Source of the DNA: a virus
IMG/VR virus record: IMGVR_UViG_3300021960_006627
Span: 15,804 to 79,803 of that record
Direction: 5' to 3' (one strand)
Length of the DNA: 64,000 bases
Numbering within the stretch: the first letter of the stretch is position 1; the number at the start of each line of letters is the position of its first letter. The notes under the pieces are model-generated. The model was given only the letters and a program-made list of their open reading frames with translations, had not been told where the DNA came from and made no database searches. Of this stretch, positions 28,464 to 35,723 are shown piece by piece. The translations under genes were made by a program, and so were the position numbers.

Positions 28464-28627
28464 GAGGGATTTTTAACTTCTTTTGCGTGTCCTGACTTTT
28501 GGCATATTGGACAGGAATATTTGTTTTTTTCTATTTGTAATTTTTCTTCCATGGTTGGCATGGTCCAATAGAATCCACAATTTTGGCATGAAAGGTGCCA
28601 TATTATTTCTTTTTGTGCTCTGAACAT
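28460..28627 (-). CDS. small zinc-ribbon protein (not in ORF track)
   Basis: MFRAQKEIIWHLSCQNCGFYW...YSCPICQKSG, 55 aa, coupled to the upstream stop. Confidence 0.65.
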   Translation of the reverse strand: MFRAQKEIIWHLSCQNCGFYWTMPTMEEKLQIEKNKYSCPICQKSGHAKEVKNPS

Positions 28628-28914
28628 TACCACAAATTTGCTGCTATGCCAAATCCAAAGATATTGACAATGCTAAAGTAAAAAGTAAGTACCATTACCC
28701 ATGCTGCTCCTCTTCTATATGCAGCGTAGCATTGAGTAATACTACCAATGAAAAAATTAGGATAAACAATAAGCATATTAGGATCACGTGCATTGAAAGC
28801 AAGTGTTAGGCTTGCACCAACCGTAAATATAAAACTTACAAGTTCAAAACAAAATGCAACTTTGTCACTGTGAAAACTGTTTAGCCAGAAGGCTTTTATA
28901 TTAGTGAGAATCAA
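28627..28914 (-). CDS. small 3-TM membrane protein
   Basis: three hydrophobic segments. Confidence 0.65.
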   Translation of the reverse strand: MILTNIKAFWLNSFHSDKVAFCFELVSFIFTVGASLTLAFNARDPNMLIVYPNFFIGSITQCYAAYRRGAAWVMVLTFYFSIVNIFGFGIAANLW

Positions 28915-28923
28915 AATTTATCC

Positions 28924-29199
28924 TTATTGTGCTGAATTATCTGATGGAAGATTATTTGTGATTCCTAGGATACTTTCAATTTCTTCCCATTCTTCACTGT
29001 GTCTTGACCAATCACCTTTGTGTGCAATTTTAATTGCCTTGTTAATTGTGCTTGGTTTGATTTGTAATTCTTCTGCTACTGCTTTAACAGTATCTTTTAA
29101 ACCTTCATTTAAATCTTCAACTTCTCTTAGTACGTTTGATCCTTCTTTGATTAAGCGATCTAGTTTTGCTTTTTCTTCTGGTCCATAATGTCTTGACAT
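28924..29199 (-). CDS. T4 DsbA-like double-stranded DNA-binding protein
   Basis: LIKEGS...LKDTVKAVAEELQIKPSTINKAIKIAHK; AGGAG SD; TTGACT-17-TATAAT upstream. Confidence 0.55.
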   Translation of the reverse strand: MSRHYGPEEKAKLDRLIKEGSNVLREVEDLNEGLKDTVKAVAEELQIKPSTINKAIKIAHKGDWSRHSEEWEEIESILGITNNLPSDNSAQ

Positions 29200-29236
29200 T
29201 TATTTCTCCTAGTTAATGTGTATATTATATAGTCAC

Positions 29237-29270
29237 AAAAAAAGCCAGTCAACTAATTAACTGGCTTTTT
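29237..29270 (-). terminator. intrinsic terminator
   Basis: AAAAAGCCAGT...ACTGGCTTTTT with a U tract on the minus strand. Confidence 0.8.
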
Positions 29271-29288
29271 GTTAATTTTGGTAAAAAA

Positions 29289-30230
29289 TTATTTGCCGCA
29301 GTTTGGACCACAGTTGCAATCGTCGCCGCAATTGCCTTTGCACTCGCAATCTGGACCACAGTTACAATCCTTTCCTTCGTTTAAGCCTTTTTCAACAACG
29401 TCATACATTTCAAAACGTCCGCCGTTTCTTTCATATAGCATTGCAGCAAAAATTTCCTGCTTGTTTGTTTCTTCAACTTTTGAAACAGCAACTCTGTTTG
29501 CCCAGTTCCAAAGAACATCGTCCATAGGATCGATAGCCTGCTGTCCGCCGCTTTCGCGTACCATCTTCATCATTTCAACGAATGACATCTTAGGTTCAAC
29601 GGATTCCTTGACCGTTTCTTTTTTCTTTTTAGGTTCTTTGGCTTCGTCCATTTCTTTATCATCAGACTTCTTGCCTTTTACCATATTCTTAAATTTTTCC
29701 TGTGCTTTCTTCTGTGCTGCTGATTTCTTAGCCTCAACTATTTCGCCGTCCATGTCTTCAAATGTAACGGATTCGTTTTTCTTTTTCTTCTTGTATTCTT
29801 CCATACAAGACTCAATCATTTCTTTTAATTTTTCTTGATCGCAGCCTGAATATTCCTTGCAAATTGCTGCTTTAGTCATGCCCTTGCCACACATTAATAA
29901 AACTTCTTTCTTGCTAGGCATTTTTTCTTTGTTGTCGCCTTTTTCTGCTTTGACAACTTGTTCTGCTTCTTTTACAGGCTCTTTCTTTTTCTTAGCATCT
30001 TTAGCAGCCTTCTTCATAGGCTCTTTCTTGTCGCCATCTTTGTCCATATCAAGAAAGTCTGGTTTTGCTGCTTCTTTTACTTTTGAATCTTTTTTCGCTT
30101 CGGTAACTACTTCTTTAGCACCCAGCGCAATACCTGTTGATTCCGCCAGTTGTGTGAAATGCTGTAAATCCTGACCTGGCGTAGTAGGATCTAATTCGCG
30201 CATCTTTTTAATTATATTTCTAAAGTCCAT
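29289..30230 (-). CDS. K/E-rich putative internal head protein with Cys-rich tail
   Basis: many VxE sites, DFLDMDKDGDKKE, C-terminal CNCGPDCECKGNCGDDCNCGPNC. Confidence 0.6.
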   Translation of the reverse strand: MDFRNIIKKMRELDPTTPGQDLQHFTQLAESTGIALGAKEVVTEAKKDSKVKEAAKPDFLDMDKDGDKKEPMKKAAKDAKKKKEPVKEAEQVVKAEKGDNKEKMPSKKEVLLMCGKGMTKAAICKEYSGCDQEKLKEMIESCMEEYKKKKKNESVTFEDMDGEIVEAKKSAAQKKAQEKFKNMVKGKKSDDKEMDEAKEPKKKKETVKESVEPKMSFVEMMKMVRESGGQQAIDPMDDVLWNWANRVAVSKVEETNKQEIFAAMLYERNGGRFEMYDVVEKGLNEGKDCNCGPDCECKGNCGDDCNCGPNCGK

Positions 30231-30256
30231 CGTAGTTTCCTTTGTATAGTAAGTAT

Positions 30257-30670
30257 TTATCTTCTTACCGGGTTCTCACCAAAAATACTATTCTTCATAT
30301 CCAGCGCATTTTTAGCAGTTCCGTTGGCTGCTTTTGGCTGTTTAACCACAGGTTGTGGTGGTGCTTTTGTACCTGATTTACCAGGACTTCCTGTATATGA
30401 CTTCTTACCACGTGCTTTGCCTGGGCTTAGATGTGGTGCTTCTACACTTGCTATATTACCAGAACTCGTAGCGCCTGCTGTGGCAGATTCCATCTTTTCT
30501 TTATCCTTGTCCAATGCTGCTTTACGCTTCATTATTTCTTTTTTAAGTTCAGGATCCTTTGATGTGTTTGGATCTGCCTGTAGATCCTGTAGTGCTTTTT
30601 GTTTCGCGTGGTAATCAGCCTTGTCTTTTGTAGGCGTATATGCTTCTGAAAATAGTTCGTTTAATTTCAT
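30257..30670 (-). CDS. putative internal head protein
   Basis: N-terminus MKLNELFSE. Confidence 0.55.
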   Translation of the reverse strand: MKLNELFSEAYTPTKDKADYHAKQKALQDLQADPNTSKDPELKKEIMKRKAALDKDKEKMESATAGATSSGNIASVEAPHLSPGKARGKKSYTGSPGKSGTKAPPQPVVKQPKAANGTAKNALDMKNSIFGENPVRR

Positions 30671-30678
30671 ATTATTAT

Positions 30679-30879
30679 TTAGCCCTTGTTGCGTCCGCTT
30701 TTCATATTTGCGCACCAGTGATACATTTTAGCACGTTCTCCACTAGCATTTTTAGCCTTTTTACGTAGGCTAGTTACGCTTCCTTTACAACTAGCACCAG
30801 CACGTTTTACACGTCCTGGACGGCTCTTGCCCTTCTTCTTACCATCAGCAAAGTTTTCAACTAGTTCAAATATTCTCAT
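30679..30879 (-). CDS. putative internal head peptide
   Basis: MRIFELVE followed by a basic two-Cys module. Confidence 0.55.
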   Translation of the reverse strand: MRIFELVENFADGKKKGKSRPGRVKRAGASCKGSVTSLRKKAKNASGERAKMYHWCANMKSGRNKG

Positions 30880-31853
30880 TTCTTCTTGCGTCCTGCGCAG
30901 TGTGCTTTTTGGCTAAAGCCCTTTGGATTAGAGCAGTTGATGCTTTTCTTGTATTTGGCACTCCACTTTTCTTCTATGTAATTTCTAATTAGGCTTTGGA
31001 AACTTTCTTCTATCTCTGCCTTTAGTTTTTTAGCAGTCCTCTCAAACTTGTGATCCTTGTGCTTGAACCCTATGCCTCCGGCACTTTCCCACGCTGCAAT
31101 ATTAACACCATAATCGTCAATGAGGATATTAGGTGTGCCGTCGGGGTTTGTCGCATACTTCGCCTTATCCTTTGTTATGATGACTTCAGTTGGTGGGAAG
31201 AAGTCTAGATTCTTTTCAATCCATTCGCGCTTGTGTGGTTCCGATTTAGGATCGTTAGCCAATGGTGAACTTAGAATCTTGTAGTTTCCTTTAACCTGTT
31301 TAATAATGCCGAGTAATTTTTTTGCGTTTGATGTAAGAGGAATGTTTAACCAAAAGTCTTCCTCGTCTCTAATTTTTTTAAGTGCTGGTTCGATTTCGTC
31401 CTTATTAATTTCTCTCCAGTCCTTGCCTACCAACTTCTTCCACTCACCAAAGAAGTCTGCTAGAACACCATCCATATCAACATATATTTCTGATTTAGGA
31501 TTTAGTCCTTGGAACATATCCTCATAGGCTATGCTTTCCTTTTTCTTTTTCTTCTTGGGGAATAATTTCTTAACGTTCATGTATTCGCCGCCTACGGGAA
31601 CGTCTGCTGTTGCATTCTGTTTTGTAACTATGCCAACACCTGCTGCTTCTTCAGATGTTTTCTTTTTGGTAGGTAATCCCTTGTGCTTGGTTTTAGCAAA
31701 GTCTTTGACATCACTCTTTTTCATATCTTTAGCAACTTTGCCTGCTTCGCCAGACTTTTTCATATCGCCCTTTTGCATTGCTCTTACAATACCAAAGAAC
31801 TGCTGCTGCTTTTTGCTAACTGCTTTTTCAGATATGATCTCGTATGCTCTCAT
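30876..31853 (-). CDS. modular protein with a HAD 5'(3')-deoxyribonucleotidase-like domain
   Basis: MRAYEIISE; YVDMDGVLADF, ILSSP, K, ILIDD; basic modules on both sides. Confidence 0.75.
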   Translation of the reverse strand: MRAYEIISEKAVSKKQQQFFGIVRAMQKGDMKKSGEAGKVAKDMKKSDVKDFAKTKHKGLPTKKKTSEEAAGVGIVTKQNATADVPVGGEYMNVKKLFPKKKKKKESIAYEDMFQGLNPKSEIYVDMDGVLADFFGEWKKLVGKDWREINKDEIEPALKKIRDEEDFWLNIPLTSNAKKLLGIIKQVKGNYKILSSPLANDPKSEPHKREWIEKNLDFFPPTEVIITKDKAKYATNPDGTPNILIDDYGVNIAAWESAGGIGFKHKDHKFERTAKKLKAEIEESFQSLIRNYIEEKWSAKYKKSINCSNPKGFSQKAHCAGRKKK

Positions 31854-32050
31854 TCTATGGGTTTCTCGCCTGTTAGTTTTGGTAGTGCGAACCACAACTT
31901 AAACCATTCAGGGGTTCCTGGTTGTATGTTGTGTTTCTTTTCTAGATATTGTTTTTCCGTGCCTGTGATCGATAGATTGGGTCCGTCATATGCTTTCCAG
32001 CCATGACGTTCATAGATGCCCGCAAGTCTTTTTAACTCTTCTATCTCCAT
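31850..32050 (-). CDS. hypothetical protein
   Basis: MEIEELKRLAGI; IQPGTPEWFKLWF. Confidence 0.65.
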   Translation of the reverse strand: MEIEELKRLAGIYERHGWKAYDGPNLSITGTEKQYLEKKHNIQPGTPEWFKLWFALPKLTGEKPIE

Positions 32051-32991
32051 TACATCTTAACACAATTATCAACTCGTTTGCCACCCTTCATCTTGGTGCC
32101 CATGCGCTTGTAGCCTTTCCAGCATACCTTGCCATCAACGCCCTTTTGCTTTTCTTCATTAACACTTTCATACTGCTTTTGCATTTCTTCTGGTAGTGCC
32201 GTAAAGCGAGCCTTGCCACATTCTGAACATACTGCTTCGTTTGTTCTTTTTAATGCTTTGGCTACACTAGGATGGTCTGCTAGTCCAGGAGCAATTTTGT
32301 TTATCACTTCCACTGCACCCGTGTAGTTACCGCCCTTGTATCTTGGATCGTTTAAAACACCAAAGGCCATCTTGATTTCCTTGTCGGAAAATCCTATGTT
32401 GTCCTTGTCGTGCATGTCCTCTTCTGTTCTATCTCCATCAACATCAGGAACGTTTAGTTCATTTTCCAAGTAATGTTTGGCCTTGCTGATCATTTGTAGG
32501 CTCTTAACAACCTTTGCCTGCCACCAGTGGGGGAAATCACTGTCAGCGGGTAGGTCTTCTAGCATTTCAAACATCTCTTTGGCATACTTTGCCATTTGGT
32601 AAAGTTCCTTGCGAATCATGTTACGCTCATCATCTGTATGTCCGATAGGGGTATTTTCGGTTGCTACAGATTCTTCTTTTTCATCTTCATCTGGCTTAGG
32701 ATCCGGATCCTTAACTTTTTGTAATGAAGTGTCCTTTTGCTGTTGAGCCCATTTCATCATCTTCAAGATCTGTTCCTTACTCAGTCTAACCTTTTTAGAA
32801 AGTTCGTCTATGCTTGATGCTCCGCCAGGCTCACCGTATCTTGTTAGTTCGTCACCGAGTCTACCTAGCACGTTTGATAGTGCGTCATCCTTGACTGTGA
32901 CTGATTTATCCATTAGTATTCTTCCCATTCGGGCAAGTTCTCCACCTGCCGGATTAGTATATGCCGATCTTTCTTTATCCATTATACCCAT
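32050..32991 (-). CDS. modular putative internal head protein
   Basis: segments delimited by xxE sites; C-terminal CWKGYKRMGTKMKGGKRVDNCVK. Confidence 0.6.
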   Translation of the reverse strand: MGIMDKERSAYTNPAGGELARMGRILMDKSVTVKDDALSNVLGRLGDELTRYGEPGGASSIDELSKKVRLSKEQILKMMKWAQQQKDTSLQKVKDPDPKPDEDEKEESVATENTPIGHTDDERNMIRKELYQMAKYAKEMFEMLEDLPADSDFPHWWQAKVVKSLQMISKAKHYLENELNVPDVDGDRTEEDMHDKDNIGFSDKEIKMAFGVLNDPRYKGGNYTGAVEVINKIAPGLADHPSVAKALKRTNEAVCSECGKARFTALPEEMQKQYESVNEEKQKGVDGKVCWKGYKRMGTKMKGGKRVDNCVKM

Positions 32992-33005
32992 TGTTTTCCC
33001 CTTGT

Positions 33006-33620
33006 TTAATCCTCGGTATTATCCGATAATCCCATTCCTTTTCTTACTGCGGCGAATAATTCTTCCGCATGTTCTCCAGCACCTGTGTGTGCTGTGAAAC
33101 TTTTTAAATCGTTATTAGCGGCATCTTCTCTTGCTTTGGTTCCGCTTATGCCTTCAACACCCTCTGCTCCGTCCTCTCTTGCGCCTGCGCTTACAAACTC
33201 AAGAGTTTCAAATTTGTATTTGTTTTCCAAAGGACCCTTCTTTCCCTCTTCCTTTCCGTTGTATGCAACCAATTGATCGTATAAATTCTTTCTATCATCT
33301 CCACCCACGAATGTTGCATGTGTGTAGCCTTGGTCATTTAGATATTGTGCAACCTTGGTTATTGTGTTTAGGTTCGTGTCCTCAACTACATTATCTGCAT
33401 ATTCAGAATGTATCTTTCTAATAAAATCTACCTTGGCAGAATAGTCTAGTGGATTCTTTTTTGCGTCCTGGCTCATGGTAGTAAAGATTTTCATGTCTCC
33501 TCCTTGTGCCTTCATTTTTTTGAAAACTTCCTTGTGTCCTAAGGTAGGAGGATTAAACCTTCCAAAGCAGAAGGTTACGTGTTTGTCAGTATCTGCTTCG
33601 AATAATTCTCTAATCTTCAT
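33006..33620 (-). CDS. HIGH-family nucleotidyltransferase (cytidyltransferase/NMNAT-like)
   Basis: MKIRELFE; FGRFNPPTLGH, KNPL, VGGDDR, ISGTKAR. Confidence 0.8.
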   Translation of the reverse strand: MKIRELFEADTDKHVTFCFGRFNPPTLGHKEVFKKMKAQGGDMKIFTTMSQDAKKNPLDYSAKVDFIRKIHSEYADNVVEDTNLNTITKVAQYLNDQGYTHATFVGGDDRKNLYDQLVAYNGKEEGKKGPLENKYKFETLEFVSAGAREDGAEGVEGISGTKAREDAANNDLKSFTAHTGAGEHAEELFAAVRKGMGLSDNTED

Positions 33621-33945
33621 AGTCGCCACGCTCTATGTATTTTTCCTGTTCTCCGGAAATAGTTCTCGCTAATGCTATAATATTTTCCTTATTAATTTTG
33701 TCCTGCATGTCTTCTATAGAAAATTTATTACAGTACATTTCTTTACACTGTTCTAATGGCTTGATATATATTTTATAAGCGTCAGGATGACCTTTATATT
33801 TCATGTGTTTCTTAATTGCAGGAAACAATACTTTACTCATTACTTCATTATCACTATCGATGAATATCTTTAGATCTTCGATATAGTTTATGTCATCGTT
33901 ATCCGATGGTGCGCCTATGGGTGAGAATAATTCATTTAGTTTCAT
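33610..33945 (-). CDS. hypothetical protein
   Basis: N-terminus MKLNELFS. Confidence 0.65.
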   Translation of the reverse strand: MKLNELFSPIGAPSDNDDINYIEDLKIFIDSDNEVMSKVLFPAIKKHMKYKGHPDAYKIYIKPLEQCKEMYCNKFSIEDMQDKINKENIIALARTISGEQEKYIERGDYED

Positions 33946-33948
33946 CAG

Positions 33949-34629
33949 TTACCATTTCCTACATGACCAGTATCGTGCTTTTGTTCTTGGACCCGGGTTA
34001 TCACAATTGTGTCTAGCACGGAATGATTTTCTACGTGCTGGATTAGATTTTTTAATACGCATATTAGGATCACCAAAATTTACTTTCTTTACATTTTTAG
34101 TCTTTGGATCTCTGACATATACCTTAAACTTTTTAACATCACCCTGCATGGGTTTGCCAAGTTTAACCTTGCGTCCTCTGTATTCTGCTTCATCTACAAT
34201 ATCTTCGTGCCAAGGTAAGAAACCATAATACTCGTAGAACTCCTCACCTTCAAATGTTTGTTCGTCGGATTCGTCTGCGCTTTCCCCTTGCGAGTATTTG
34301 TTATCGGAATTCTTGATAATATCCATAGCATCGTCAAATGCAGCATCCATTGCTGCTTCGTGATCCGGACCATCGGATTGGACAACAGCAGTTGCTAGTT
34401 CGTCGTCTAGTTTATTGTTGCCGTCGCCTTCTGCTTCACCTCTTAGCGAGTTAGGATCAACTTCAGCATAGTAACCATGCTCATCGCTTTGCTTAATTTG
34501 TGCTTTGTAGTATAGTGTTCCGAAGCCTGTTTCACCATCATCACCAGTAAATTCAAATTCAGTCTCACCCTCCATTTCCTTGGGCATGAAACCTTCTAAT
34601 AGTTGTAGTTTGTCCAATAGATCTCGCAT
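33949..34629 (-). CDS. acidic/basic modular putative internal protein
   Basis: MRDLLDKLQLLE; acidic body; C-terminal EAEYRGRKV...SFRARHNC...YWSCRKW. Confidence 0.65.
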   Translation of the reverse strand: MRDLLDKLQLLEGFMPKEMEGETEFEFTGDDGETGFGTLYYKAQIKQSDEHGYYAEVDPNSLRGEAEGDGNNKLDDELATAVVQSDGPDHEAAMDAAFDDAMDIIKNSDNKYSQGESADESDEQTFEGEEFYEYYGFLPWHEDIVDEAEYRGRKVKLGKPMQGDVKKFKVYVRDPKTKNVKKVNFGDPNMRIKKSNPARRKSFRARHNCDNPGPRTKARYWSCRKW

Positions 34630-34678
34630 AGCATAATCCCTTTATAGATTTATACTGTATTTAGCGCAGAATGTAAAG

Positions 34679-35032
34679 TTAATAGTTATAGCGAATTTCG
34701 GTAATAGTACCGTTTTGCAGGTTATATCCTGCCCTAATCCACACAAATTTGCCAGTAAATGTGCGTGTGTATGTGCCCTGAGAGAATAAACTGCTATCTC
34801 CACCAATTTCTGTAGATCCTATATCAACCCAGTCATTATCTCCGGGATATTGCTCGAGCGTTCCTTGAATTTTGACTGTGCCAACAAAATTATCTAATAC
34901 GTATGCAACTGTATGCACTCCATCACCATTACTATGATATCCAGCCCCCTTAGACTTTTCTCCATAGGAAAATGTGGAATCTGCTGCTACTGCATCGATG
35001 TTTGATAATAATGTTTTAGTTTCTATAGGCAT
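34679..35032 (-). CDS. hypothetical (virion-type beta) protein
   Basis: FVGTVKIQGTL..DWVDI..FTGKFVWIRA; TAAATA 4 nt upstream. Confidence 0.65.
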   Translation of the reverse strand: MPIETKTLLSNIDAVAADSTFSYGEKSKGAGYHSNGDGVHTVAYVLDNFVGTVKIQGTLEQYPGDNDWVDIGSTEIGGDSSLFSQGTYTRTFTGKFVWIRAGYNLQNGTITEIRYNY

Positions 35033-35039
35033 ACTGTAT

Positions 35040-35723
35040 TTATCGGTTTATCACGTATTTGTGAACTCTGCCTAGTACTTCTGATGACCTTAATTTAATC
35101 ATTAGTAGTGTGGATTCACTATCAACGTATATGTATCTACGGTCCCAATTTGATTCAGTAGAAAGCAACCACTTTTTAATAGAACTAGTAAATGTAATAT
35201 TTGGTCTTTGATTATCTAACCAATTTGCTAATGCAGCCTTTTCGTCCCGTCTAACTCTATGTGGTTTGAGATATACCTTAAATTGATACTTGTCGTGTGG
35301 TAATTTCTTGCAAAAAATTTCTTTATTGCTTTCTAGCAATTGTTGTTCCTTGCCTTTTTCCGGTTGTGATCTTAATACACAAAATTGTTCGAATTCTAAT
35401 CCTATTGTATTATACATAGATTTATCATTGGTGTAAAAATCTATATAATCCCCTTCTAGTCTCTTGGACCATGTCTTATTATCATATTGATTTAATATGC
35501 CTATAAGTTTTATCCAATGATGTGAATTATCACGTAGTTCCTTAAATACTCTATCTCTCCATTTTGTTCCTTCAGAGAAGTCCTGCTGAACGCATTTGTT
35601 TAATACTTCATCCAATGAATTATATCTAAGAGATGCGCTTCCTTTTAAGTTTAACGTAATTTTATAGATGTATTTGTTATAAAACTTTTTTTTCGTTTTT
35701 TTAGGTGTCGGAAGTTTGTTCAT
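35040..35723 (-). CDS. hypothetical protein
   Basis: 227-aa ORF overlapping the clpA end. Confidence 0.7.
   Translation of the reverse strand: MNKLPTPKKTKKKFYNKYIYKITLNLKGSASLRYNSLDEVLNKCVQQDFSEGTKWRDRVFKELRDNSHHWIKLIGILNQYDNKTWSKRLEGDYIDFYTNDKSMYNTIGLEFEQFCVLRSQPEKGKEQQLLESNKEIFCKKLPHDKYQFKVYLKPHRVRRDEKAALANWLDNQRPNITFTSSIKKWLLSTESNWDRRYIYVDSESTLLMIKLRSSEVLGRVHKYVINR

Noticed and set aside
29269-30174. Plus-strand ORFs opposite the K/E-rich gene
   Set aside because: F/S/L-rich mirror of Lys/Glu codons
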